From NCBI GenBank assembly GCA_035347995.1, contig DAOPQD010000001.1, positions 46,012 to 110,011 on the forward strand: a stretch of DNA of 64,000 bases, given 5' to 3'. Positions within the stretch are counted from its first letter, which is position 1. Every line of letters starts with the position of its first letter. Of this stretch, positions 8,801-17,289 are shown in pieces. Below the pieces are notes generated by a model, which was not told the DNA's origin, made no database searches, and worked only from the letters and a program-made list of their open reading frames with translations. The position numbers and the translations under genes are program-made. This stretch comes from Anaerolineae bacterium. GTDB taxonomy: Bacteria; Chloroflexota; Anaerolineae; B4-G1; SLSP01.

Positions 8801-10308
8801 CCTTGCAAGAGCTGGGCCTGGTTTCCCAGGCCGCGGTGCCGTTGCGCCTGGGTGCGGAGACGGTGGGCGTGCTTTTCGCCAACAGCACCCAGGAGGGCTT
8901 CTTCACCGAGGAGGCGGTGCGTTTGCTGGAGTTCTTGGGGTCGCAGCTGGCGACGTCGGCGCAGAACGCGCTGCAATTCGGGCAGCTGCAGCAGACCCTG
9001 GCGGTGGTGGAGATGCAGGCCCGTTACCGCGATGCCGTCGCGCAGGGGACGGCGCAGCTGGCGGAACGGGGCACCGAATCCCTGCCGACGGTGTTGCAGC
9101 TTCTGGGGGAAACACTGGAAACTGACGCGGCGCAATACTGTGAATTGCGTTCGGAGGGCGCCGGTGGGTACTGGGAAGTGGCCGCACGGTGGACGCAGTC
9201 GAGCGCTGCCGGCCAGGCCGTGGCCGCCGCGTCCAAATGGCGCCGGGAAGATGTCCTGGAATGGCTGCCGGCCTTGCGCGCGGAGGGGATTGTCCGTGCG
9301 GATTGGCATGGCGCCAGTGCGGCGGAGCAGCGGATGTTGCAGGCCTTGGGCTTCCACTCGTTGCTGTTGATCGCGGTGCCGGGCGAGACGGCGGAGCCGA
9401 ACTTCATGGCTTTTGGCAACAGTCAGCGGGAACGCGATTGGAAGCCGGAGGAGCTGATTTCGGTGCGCACGGTGGCGGCGGCGCTTTCCAGCACCCTGGC
9501 GCGGGAGCGGCTGTTCCGCGAAGTGCAGGCGGCGCTGGCCGAGACCGAGATGTTGTACGAAGCCGGGGGCGCGCTGAACGCTGCGCAGACTTACGGGCAG
9601 ATTCTGGACGTGATGCGCCAGTACACGGCGCTCGGCAGCGGGGCGCACTTCGCGGCGACGTTGTTGTATGACCGGCCCTGGACCGAGCGTCAGCGCCCGA
9701 CGAAGGCCCTGCTGGCGGCCCGCTGGACCGCGACGCCGGCAAGCGACGTTTCCCTCCTGGCGCGGGGCAACGCCTTCTCTTTGCTGGAACCCTACCTGCG
9801 GCGCGAGCGCAGCTCGACGATCACGGACGTGACCCGCGAAGTGGAGCCCCTCGCCCCGGCGCGCATCTTTTTCGAGGAAGACCTGGGGGCGCGCACCCTC
9901 GTGTTCGCCCCGCTGGCGGCAGGCGGGCAGACCATCGGCACGCTGATGGCGGCCTTTGATGCCGTGACTCGCCTCACAGAGGAAGAGCAACGCCGATTGA
10001 GCACCCTCACAGGGCAGGCGGCGATCGCCATCCAGAACCTCTATCAGCTGGAAGCCACTGCGGCGCGGGCGCGGCGCGAGCAGCTCATCCGCGAGATCGG
10101 CGAGCAGTTGCAGGCAGCGCCGGACGTGCAGAGCGTGTTGCAGACGGCAGCGCGCGAATTGGGACGCGCTTTGGAGACGCCGCGGGCGGTAGTGCGCCTT
10201 GGCGCTGTGGGACCCGCGCGACGCAAGAAACCTACCGGAGAGCTGGCGTCGCGCGCTGCTGACGAGCCGAATCCCGTGGAAGATGATGGCGCGTCCACGG
10301 AGGAGTAG
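5830..10308 (+). CDS. Membrane sensor protein with periplasmic sensor domain, TM2, HAMP, about eight GAF modules, and no kinase or other output domain
   Basis: The track start is TTG 5824; an ATG at 5830 has RBS GGGGAG 8 nt upstream. TM1 is LIIVVLPLLLLTPLLFFAGA, followed by an extracytoplasmic region of ~150 aa, then TM2 (GGVLILALLLLVLLQVF) and HAMP (LEQLAEGAAIVGAGDLSYEIGIRRGDEIGFLAQSFNAMSGRLRELV). Repeated GAF modules follow, including the signature FGYYHAGIFWVDQPREWAVLRAASSEGG...RSEMALPL. It ends with the conserved cap motif. Confidence 0.75.
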   Translation: MHRKGLSLRWQMVLIIVVLPLLLLTPLLFFAGAQFRSEYREARLGKGHMITQQVRQHVDVVAPFIASVRDVPGLERYLRDSIAGQPELAFAALVRGDGIIVLHSTSGMAGQVLMDLNVPDVQVLQTRVPQYGNLHLVVRRMTRPDISGQRLYAVVGAYSPIVDPPWLPWLPVGGVLILALLLLVLLQVFMRRAVLKPLEQLAEGAAIVGAGDLSYEIGIRRGDEIGFLAQSFNAMSGRLRELVTTLEQQVETRTADLARRNQQLQAVSLVAREAVTIQDLPTLLETTVNAISRHFGYYHAGIFWVDQPREWAVLRAASSEGGQRMLARGHRLRVGQQGLVGSVAATGQPRIALDVGEDAVWFDNPDLPETRSEMALPLVDTEQHVVGVLDVQSSQVSAFSPADIEVLQLLADQVSVGLRNALLIEQTQSTLAELQAIQQDYRREGWARVLSRLQVQAYEYDGVLVEPVLPLPVPVERLTESNTPLATGEAATVMTPMQYRDQTIGMLTLSDPGRVWTEEEFALIRSVTDQVASALETARLFEETQRTARQQALLNAVLQTAAMTLDPDQALEEIATILARGLAMAVGVFIFPRRAATAEGGVPLPQEVRLQAFVLPEGEKALDAGAFYMLPADLQIFFHGLMEPELGKLLPLGQVPSLAGSYDLERVLYVPIRTATAQAGFLALVRRQQDVLLDPDTRALARNLAGQVAVVLENLHLMEETQRRSAELQLLYEASLRFGQVRDPEATERLVVEEAQELLVAAGAAFWRYDEAHETLQCVCAQGTLTSYQGLGVQPGQGLPGTAWSERRVIQTGDYMTWEQLGAGELSTVGPALGIPLLAARGVIGVLLVTRPRGGMPFDAVVSRLAELFAAQATVALENARLYQESARRARDLQQLYEAGLDMIGMREVEAVLTRGAEWALRLLGVQRTRAFFWARGNATPFSGHAGASPAYVTPETLAPPRVAGVTARVLHEGQPVIVNRLISGDEIAPALQELGLVSQAAVPLRLGAETVGVLFANSTQEGFFTEEAVRLLEFLGSQLATSAQNALQFGQLQQTLAVVEMQARYRDAVAQGTAQLAERGTESLPTVLQLLGETLETDAAQYCELRSEGAGGYWEVAARWTQSSAAGQAVAAASKWRREDVLEWLPALRAEGIVRADWHGASAAEQRMLQALGFHSLLLIAVPGETAEPNFMAFGNSQRERDWKPEELISVRTVAAALSSTLARERLFREVQAALAETEMLYEAGGALNAAQTYGQILDVMRQYTALGSGAHFAATLLYDRPWTERQRPTKALLAARWTATPASDVSLLARGNAFSLLEPYLRRERSSTITDVTREVEPLAPARIFFEEDLGARTLVFAPLAAGGQTIGTLMAAFDAVTRLTEEEQRRLSTLTGQAAIAIQNLYQLEATAARARREQLIREIGEQLQAAPDVQSVLQTAARELGRALETPRAVVRLGAVGPARRKKPTGELASRAADEPNPVEDDGASTEE

Positions 10309-10322
10309 GGAGACCTGAGAGT

Positions 10323-13300
10323 ATGAATGCTGATGCCTTGCAATTTGACCCGGGTGTTTCGCTGGCTGCCATAACGGCGATTTCCAGGTCCGCGCTGCGT
10401 GCGGGGGGACTTGCGCAGCTGGGCGAACAGATCGTGGCTCTTGTCACGCAGCTGTGCTCTTGCCCGGCGGCGCTCTTCTATGCTGCCGATGGCGACTCCA
10501 AGACGGCGTCCCGCCTGCTTCCGCGCGCGGCGGTGGGGCTGCCCCTTGTGCAGCTCCCGCCGCTGGGAGTGGTCAACCTGGAACGGGACGGGGTGCGTGA
10601 AGAGCCGGTGGTATGGCAGACGCCGGAACAGATGGCGGTGTTGCAGTTGCCAACGTCCCCGCAGGGCGTGCTCCTGGCGCCGGTCACCCTCGCCGGGAAA
10701 ATAATTGGCCTGATCTGCGCACTGCAGCTGGAGCCGGGCAAGGCCTTCTCACCCGCCGCGCCGCCGCTGTTGGGCTTGCTGGCGGCCCACGTCGGGGACA
10801 CGCTGGAATCCATGACCGCTTATCGGGAGCTGGAGCAGGATTACGAGCTATTACAACGGCGGTATCAGGCGATGAGCTCGATGTACGAGATCTCGCTCGA
10901 ACTGGCGCGACAACAGCGCGAGCTGGATCCCATGCTTGAGAGTTTGGGGCCCCGCATTGTGAGATTGCTCGATGCTACCGGCGGCGGTATCTGGCTCTGG
11001 CGTGAGGGAGAGCAGCAGTTGGAGCTGGTGCTGTCACTGCAGAGCGGCTACGCGACCAAAGTGGGGACGCGGTTGGCGCCGGGTGAGGGGTTGGTGGGCC
11101 AGGCCTATGTCGCCAAACAGCTCCAGGTACGGAATGATTACGGACAGTGGGCCAATCGTCCTGCCGAATTCCAGGCCGCGCCTTTCCGCGCGGCCATGGC
11201 CATTCCTCTTTTGTGGCAGGATCAGGTCGTCGGCGTCCTTGTGGCGACGGATGACCGGGAGGGGCGAGCTTTCACGCCTTACGATCAGTATCTGGGACAG
11301 TTGCTGGCCAGCCAGGTGGTGATCTTCATTCAAAACGCGCAGCTTTTCGGTCAGACCCAAAGATCTCTGGCACGGACTGAGGCGTTGTATCGGGCGAACC
11401 GTTCTGTCACCTCCCTGGTGAGCGTTGAAGAGACGTTGCAAACGGTGGTGGACGGCGTGGCCGAGGTGCTCGACGCGGATCAGGTGGTGATCTACACCTT
11501 CAACTTTACGGCTGAAGAGGTCACGCACGCGGTGAGAGGCGGCCGGATCCGGGAAGAGCATAATTTGCTTTCCTTCGATGAGTTACAGCACGGCTTGAGT
11601 GGCTGGGTGATTGCTAACCGGCAACCGGTCTATTCGCCTAAGGGCTTTGAGGACCCCCGTGAAGGTCGGGAGGCCAGCGAGCGACGCAAACGCCATCGCA
11701 CCGGGGCTGTCATTGTGGTCCCGTTGCAGTATCGCGGCGAGTTGCTAGGGACAATGACGGCTTTCAACAGCCTGGATCGCCCTGATTTTTCTCCTGAGGA
11801 TGTAGACCTGATGGTCGCCATGGCCTCACAGGCGGCGGCAGCGGTGGCCAACGCGCAGCTGTTTGAAAACATGCGCCGGGCTCTCGTCCGCACGCAGGCC
11901 CTGTATCAGGTGGGGCGCGCGGTCATGCTGGTGAAAGACCTGGAGGAAGTGTTGCAGGAGATCACCGAGCAGGTCGCCGCTACGTTGCCGGCCAATCGGG
12001 TGTCCCTCATGACCTTCGATGTGGAAACGGAGCGGGTAACGCATTTCGCGCGCGGCGGACCGGGCAAGGAATTCATCGCCTTGGACGTGTCATATCAGGA
12101 ACTCTGGGCGGGGTTGAGCGGGTGGGTGCTGCGCGAGGGCCATCCGACGCTCTCTCCAAAGGACCGGCCCGACCCGCGTGAGACGCCGGAGGTGCAGCAA
12201 CGCCGCCTGGAAACGCACTGCGGTTCCATCATGGTGGCGCCGATTATCTACCGCGGCGTGACGTTGGGCACGATGACGGCGATCAACTTGCCGGAGGAGC
12301 GCGACTTCAACGACGAGGATCTGGAACTCCTCGTGGGCATGGTCAATCAGGCGGCGGCAGCGATCGCCAACGCGCAGTTGTTTGCGGCGGCACAGCGCCG
12401 CACGCAGTTGTTGAGCACGGGGGCGGAGGTCTCGCGGGCGGCGTATTCGATCCTTGACGTGGATGAATTGCTGCCCCAGCTCGCGGCCCTCATTCGCGAG
12501 CGCTTCGGTCTCTACTACGTGGGGATTTTCCTGGTGGACGCGGAAGGACAGTGGGCCGTGTTGCGCGCCGGCACCGGGGAAGCCGGCGCGCGGATGCTGG
12601 CGGCGGGACATCGGTTGCGGGTCGGGGGGCAATCCATGATCGGGGCGTGCGTGGCCACCCGTCAGGCGCGCATTGCCCTGGACGTGGGGGCGGAGGCGGT
12701 GCGTTTTGACAACCCCGAACTGCCGGCGACGCGCTCTGAAATGGCGCTGCCCCTCGTCGCGCGCGGCGAGGCGGTCGGCGCCATGACCATTCAATCGGAG
12801 CTGCCGCGAGCCTTCAGCGAGGACGACATCCTCATGTTGCAGACGATGGCGGATCAGATCGCGACGGCGATTGTGAATGCCCGGCTGTTCAGTCAGGCGC
12901 GCCGGGCGGCGTTAGAGGCCGAGTCCAACCAGATTTTGCTCAGGTCCATCATCGAATCTATCCCCAACCCCGTCTTCTACAAGGACATCCACGGAGTCCA
13001 TCGCATCGTCAACAAGGCCTTTGCTGAGGAGGTGTTGGGCCTGCCGCCAGAACAGATTTTGGGCAAGACTATGCTCGAATTGCCGGAAGCCATTGATCCC
13101 GAAGTGGCGCGGCCACAGCATGAATCCGATATGGCGTTGATTCGTGAGCCGGGGGTGCAGACGTTCGAGACGCGGTCGCGGTATGCGGATGGCGTCGAGC
13201 ATGACGTGATTTTCAGCAAATCTACGGTTTTTGATGCTCAGGGCGCCGTGATCGGCATGGTGGGGGTGATGAACGATATTACCTCCCGCAAGCAGCTGCT

Positions 13301-16300
13301 CGCTGCCCTGGAATACCGCACGCAGCAATTGCAGACGGCGGCGGAGATTTCGCGGGCGACCTCCTCGATCCTCAACCTGGAGGAATTGCTGCCTCGCGCT
13401 GTGGAACTCGTCCGCGAGCGTTTTGGATATTACTACGTCGGCGCTTTCCTGATTGACGATACGGGAAAATGGGCCGTGTTGCGCGCTGGCACCGGCGCGG
13501 CCGGCGCGCAGATGCTGCAGATGGGACACCGCCTGCTGATTGGCGGGCAATCCATGGTGGGAATGGCGATGCAGGAACGCCAGTCCCGTATCGCCTTCGA
13601 CGTGGGCCGTGAGGCGGTGCGTTTCGACAATCCGCTTTTGCCGGAGACCCGCTCGGAGATTGCCCTGCCCTTGATCTCGCGCGGCGACGTGATCGGTGCG
13701 CTGACCATTCAATCCGCCTTGCCGGAGGCGTTCTCCGAAAGCGACATTCTGGTGCTGGAGACGGTGGCGGATCAGATCGCCAGTGCCATTGCGAACGCCT
13801 GGCTCTTTGCTGAGGCCCAGGAGCGGTTCGAGGAGTTGCAGCGTCTGCAACGCGAACTTACCGGTGAAGCCTGGGCCCACTATGTGCGCGGACAGACAGT
13901 GGTAGGATATGCCTACGATGCGGCCCGCCTGGTTCCGTTGCTGGAATCCGGCTCGGAACCGGCGGATGAAGTGAGCCAGCTGTGGCGGCAACGTGAAGCG
14001 TTAGCGCTGGCCGACCTGACGCACGGGGAGATGGTGCAGCGACAGGACGATCAGGGGGCCTTTGTGCTGGCGCCTATCACCTCGCCGCTGGGCGAACCCT
14101 TGGGGGTTTTGGGGGTGGATACCACGCTCGAGACGCCGGAGGCGGGTTGGTCGGAGGAGGATCTGGAGCTGCTTCAGGCGGTGCGCGAGCAGGTCGGCAT
14201 GGCCTTGGAAAACCGGCTGTTGTTTGAGCAGACGACGTCGGTGCTGACCGAGACCACGACCCTGTATGAGGTGGGACAGAAGATCACCGAGGCGCACACC
14301 GAGGCGGACATCTTCCACGCGGTGATCGAGGGCCTCAGCCGTCGTCCGGAGTCAGAACGGGTGTCGGTAGGGCTTTTCGAGCCGCTGGACAATCCGGCGC
14401 AGCTGCGTGTGGTAGATGGTTGGGCGCGCGAAGGGCAAGCCGTGGCAGCGGGTAATGTCTATCCGCTGTTGTACTGGCAGGCGGTGTATACATCCCTGGA
14501 GGGTGAGGGCGCGTTTATATGCCCGAATATTGATCAGGAGTCGCGGTTCGGTCCGGAAATCCGGGGCATGTTCGAGTATTTGAAGGTGCGCGGCTTTGTG
14601 GCTTTCCAGCTGCGGGTGCGCGGGATGCTTTACGGCACCATTCTCGTCTACACGAAAGAGCCGCATGAGTTCACCCCTGAGGAATTGCGCTTCTATGCCA
14701 CGCTGACACGCAACACCTCCGTAGCGTTGGAGAACCTGTTCCTGTTGGAGACGACGCGGCAGGAGGCCGAACGTCGCGCCCTGCTCAATGAAGTGATGAG
14801 CACCGCCTCCGCCAGCCTCGATCCTGACGATCTGGTCCATGACACGACACAGCTGATCGCGCAACGGCTTGAAATGCCGGCCCTCTACTGGGTCTACCGC
14901 GGTGGAGTGCTTGAAGCTGCGGCTGTGTACCGTTTTGACGGTTCGGCGCTGGTCGTGGAAGGGCCTCAGGAGCGGTTTGTGCCCGAAGATGTCCCGGAGT
15001 TGACCGAAGCGGTGTTGTCAAAGCTCGATTATCGGTGGAACTTTACGTCCTCACCGGGATTGGTGAGTCCCTTCGATGTCTATCGTACGGCGCTCGATCT
15101 GGAGGAGCTCCTCGTGCTCCCCGTGCTGATCCGTGACGAGGTGTTGGGGGTGCTGGTGCTGGGACAGCAGCGCGGACATCCGGCCATTGACGAGAATGAG
15201 ACGGCCTTCTTGCGCAACGCCGCGGTGAACATCGGCGTGGCGCTGGAAAACGCGCAGCTGTACCAGGAAGCCCAGGAGACGGCGGAAAAACTCAAGGAGG
15301 TTGACCGCCTGAAGAGCGAATTCCTGGCGAACATGTCGCACGAGTTGCGCACGCCCCTCAACTCCATCATCGGCTTCTCGCGGGTGATCCTCAAGGGGAT
15401 TGACGGCCCGATTACCGATCTGCAGAAGACAGACCTGGAGGCGATCTATCAGAGCGGACGGCACTTGCTGGAATTGATCAACGACATCCTCGATCAATCC
15501 AAGATCGAAGCGGGTAAGATGGAGTACACCTTCGAGCCAACAGACTTGATGGAGATTATTCGGGGGGTGATGTCAACCTCGATTGCTCTGGTCAAGGACA
15601 AGCCGATCGAGCTGCAGCAGCAGCTGCCCGAAGCCCTGCCCACGATCATCGCTGATAGCCGGCGGATACGCCAGGTGTTGTTGAACCTGGTGGGCAATGC
15701 CGCCAAATTCACCGAGCAGGGCTTCATCTCGCTGTCGGCGTGGGCGGACGAGGAATGGGTCACGATTGCCGTGCAGGACTCCGGTGTAGGGATTCCCAGG
15801 GACCGCTATGGCGCGGTGTTCACCCCCTTTGAGCAGGTGGATTCCTCCTCATCGCGGCGCTTTGGAGGCACGGGACTGGGGCTGCCGGTAAGCAAGCGGT
15901 TTGTCGAAGCCCATGGCGGTTCGATCTGGTTTGAGAGCGAGCTGGGCGTCGGCTCGACCTTCTATGTGAAATTGCCCATCGCCGGCCCGCCGGCAGAAAA
16001 GCCCGCTGAGGAAGAATGGCCCGTCCGCGCTCCCCGCTCCGAGGGCGAGGACTCCAAGGGATTGCTGGTGTTGACCGTGGATGACGACGCCGGCGTGATC
16101 ACGCTGTTCCGACGGTATCTGAGCAAGCAGGGATACCGGGTTGTGGGCCTCACACGTGGCGACCGCGTGGTGGAGGAGGCCAAACGCCTCAAGCCGTATG
16201 CCATCACCCTGGACATTTTGATGCCGGATCGCAGTGGCTGGGAGGTGATTCGTGATCTCAAATCCGATCCGCTCACCCGCAATATTCCCGTGATCGTGTG

Positions 16301-16817
16301 CTCTATCCTCGCCGAGCGCGACAAAGGCCTCAGTATGGGCGTGGCGGACTATCTGGTGAAGCCTATTCTGGAGCAAGATTTGTTGAGCGCGTTGGCCCGG
16401 CTTTCCCATGACCTTACCAAGACGCATGTGCTGGTGGTGGACGACAATCCAGATGATCGGAACCTGCTTGAACGTATATTGGCTGATGCTGGCTACATCG
16501 TCGCTACTGCCAGCAACGGCGTGGAAGCGATTGCGGATCTGGCTCTGTCGCCGCCCGACCTGGTAGTGCTCGACCTGATGATGCCCGACGTGGATGGCTT
16601 CGCCGTCCTGGAGAACATGAAGGCGCGCCCGGAGACCTGCGATATTCCCGTCATCGTTGCCACGGCCAAGGAACTCAGTGCGGCTGAGCGGGCCGCCTTG
16701 ACGGTGCGGGTGCAGGCTCTGTTGCAGAAGGGCCTCTTTGACCAGGAGCGCCTCTTAGAGGATGTGGCAGCGGCGTTGGCGCGGTTGGGCCCGGCGCGTC
16801 AAGATACCCATCGGTGA
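10323..16817 (+). CDS. Giant cytoplasmic hybrid sensor histidine kinase: about ten GAF modules, PAS, HisKA, HATPase_c and two receiver domains
   Basis: Single 2164-aa ORF, ATG 14 nt after the upstream stop. No TM segments. Duplicated GAF-PAS-GAF module (FGLYYVGIFLVDAEGQWAVLRAGTGEAG.. / FGYYYVGAFLIDDTGKWAVLRAGTGAAG..). PAS is IIESIPNPVFYKDIHGVHRIVNKAF.., and the H-box is EFLANMSHELRTPLNSIIGFS. G-boxes are GTGLGLPVSKRFVEAHGGSIWFESELGVGSTFYV. REC1 carries LVLTVDDDAG...ITLDILMPDRSG and REC2 carries VLVVDDNPDD...VVLDLMMPDVDG. Confidence 0.85.
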   Translation: MNADALQFDPGVSLAAITAISRSALRAGGLAQLGEQIVALVTQLCSCPAALFYAADGDSKTASRLLPRAAVGLPLVQLPPLGVVNLERDGVREEPVVWQTPEQMAVLQLPTSPQGVLLAPVTLAGKIIGLICALQLEPGKAFSPAAPPLLGLLAAHVGDTLESMTAYRELEQDYELLQRRYQAMSSMYEISLELARQQRELDPMLESLGPRIVRLLDATGGGIWLWREGEQQLELVLSLQSGYATKVGTRLAPGEGLVGQAYVAKQLQVRNDYGQWANRPAEFQAAPFRAAMAIPLLWQDQVVGVLVATDDREGRAFTPYDQYLGQLLASQVVIFIQNAQLFGQTQRSLARTEALYRANRSVTSLVSVEETLQTVVDGVAEVLDADQVVIYTFNFTAEEVTHAVRGGRIREEHNLLSFDELQHGLSGWVIANRQPVYSPKGFEDPREGREASERRKRHRTGAVIVVPLQYRGELLGTMTAFNSLDRPDFSPEDVDLMVAMASQAAAAVANAQLFENMRRALVRTQALYQVGRAVMLVKDLEEVLQEITEQVAATLPANRVSLMTFDVETERVTHFARGGPGKEFIALDVSYQELWAGLSGWVLREGHPTLSPKDRPDPRETPEVQQRRLETHCGSIMVAPIIYRGVTLGTMTAINLPEERDFNDEDLELLVGMVNQAAAAIANAQLFAAAQRRTQLLSTGAEVSRAAYSILDVDELLPQLAALIRERFGLYYVGIFLVDAEGQWAVLRAGTGEAGARMLAAGHRLRVGGQSMIGACVATRQARIALDVGAEAVRFDNPELPATRSEMALPLVARGEAVGAMTIQSELPRAFSEDDILMLQTMADQIATAIVNARLFSQARRAALEAESNQILLRSIIESIPNPVFYKDIHGVHRIVNKAFAEEVLGLPPEQILGKTMLELPEAIDPEVARPQHESDMALIREPGVQTFETRSRYADGVEHDVIFSKSTVFDAQGAVIGMVGVMNDITSRKQLLAALEYRTQQLQTAAEISRATSSILNLEELLPRAVELVRERFGYYYVGAFLIDDTGKWAVLRAGTGAAGAQMLQMGHRLLIGGQSMVGMAMQERQSRIAFDVGREAVRFDNPLLPETRSEIALPLISRGDVIGALTIQSALPEAFSESDILVLETVADQIASAIANAWLFAEAQERFEELQRLQRELTGEAWAHYVRGQTVVGYAYDAARLVPLLESGSEPADEVSQLWRQREALALADLTHGEMVQRQDDQGAFVLAPITSPLGEPLGVLGVDTTLETPEAGWSEEDLELLQAVREQVGMALENRLLFEQTTSVLTETTTLYEVGQKITEAHTEADIFHAVIEGLSRRPESERVSVGLFEPLDNPAQLRVVDGWAREGQAVAAGNVYPLLYWQAVYTSLEGEGAFICPNIDQESRFGPEIRGMFEYLKVRGFVAFQLRVRGMLYGTILVYTKEPHEFTPEELRFYATLTRNTSVALENLFLLETTRQEAERRALLNEVMSTASASLDPDDLVHDTTQLIAQRLEMPALYWVYRGGVLEAAAVYRFDGSALVVEGPQERFVPEDVPELTEAVLSKLDYRWNFTSSPGLVSPFDVYRTALDLEELLVLPVLIRDEVLGVLVLGQQRGHPAIDENETAFLRNAAVNIGVALENAQLYQEAQETAEKLKEVDRLKSEFLANMSHELRTPLNSIIGFSRVILKGIDGPITDLQKTDLEAIYQSGRHLLELINDILDQSKIEAGKMEYTFEPTDLMEIIRGVMSTSIALVKDKPIELQQQLPEALPTIIADSRRIRQVLLNLVGNAAKFTEQGFISLSAWADEEWVTIAVQDSGVGIPRDRYGAVFTPFEQVDSSSSRRFGGTGLGLPVSKRFVEAHGGSIWFESELGVGSTFYVKLPIAGPPAEKPAEEEWPVRAPRSEGEDSKGLLVLTVDDDAGVITLFRRYLSKQGYRVVGLTRGDRVVEEAKRLKPYAITLDILMPDRSGWEVIRDLKSDPLTRNIPVIVCSILAERDKGLSMGVADYLVKPILEQDLLSALARLSHDLTKTHVLVVDDNPDDRNLLERILADAGYIVATASNGVEAIADLALSPPDLVVLDLMMPDVDGFAVLENMKARPETCDIPVIVATAKELSAAERAALTVRVQALLQKGLFDQERLLEDVAAALARLGPARQDTHR

Positions 16818-16842
16818 GGCTTTGTTGCACTGCCAACCTTTC

Positions 16843-16871
16843 TTGACAGTGCTGACTCTTCGTTGTACAAT
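16843..16871 (+). promoter_or_regulatory. Consensus sigma70-type promoter TTGACA-N17-TACAAT for the ferredoxin gene
   Basis: cTTGACAgtgctgactcttcgttgTACAATgggg, about 70 nt upstream of the ATG at 16941, with RBS AGGAGG at 16928-16933. Confidence 0.6.
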
Positions 16872-16940
16872 GGGGACATTGCTGGCGGGACAGCCCCAGG
16901 CAAGGAGTGCATTTTCAGATAATTCACAGGAGGTAGAATC

Positions 16941-17207
16941 ATGCCGTACGTAATCACTCGCATTTGTGAACGGGTAGGCGCTTGTGTGGAGGTGTGCCCC
17001 ACGGAATCAATTCACTTTGTGGATGACAACAAGGACTGGCCTACTTACTATATCAACCCTGATACCTGCATTGATTGCGGCGCCTGCGCTGCGGAGTGCC
17101 CTAATGAGGCCATCTTCCCGGAGGAGGACGTGCCGGACGCCTATCAGGATGATATTAAGAAGAACGCCAAGTTTTATGAGAGCGGTCCGGGGGCGGATCT
17201 GATCTAA
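16941..17207 (+). CDS. fdxA: 7Fe ferredoxin ([3Fe-4S][4Fe-4S], FdxA-type)
   Basis: 88 aa. The first motif CERVGACVEVCP has three Cys and the second CIDCGACAAECP is CxxCxxCxxxCP. The C-terminal acidic tail is typical of FdxA. It has a strong RBS and promoter. Confidence 0.85.
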   Translation: MPYVITRICERVGACVEVCPTESIHFVDDNKDWPTYYINPDTCIDCGACAAECPNEAIFPEEDVPDAYQDDIKKNAKFYESGPGADLI

Positions 17208-17230
17208 GGTTTCCCTGGGTTATTTGAAAA

Positions 17231-17272
17231 CAATCGGGTTCGTGACAGGGTGCCCTTTCACGAACCCGATTG
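17231..17272. terminator. Intrinsic terminator hairpin between convergent fdxA and the PHP gene (15-bp perfect stem)
   Basis: caatcgggttcgtga-cagggtgccctt-tcacgaacccgattg. On the minus strand it is followed by TTTTCAAATAA (U-tract for the PHP gene transcript). It lies 18 nt past the PHP stop and 24 nt past the fdxA stop. Confidence 0.6.
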
Positions 17273-17289
17273 CTTGCGTATGGCAGAGG

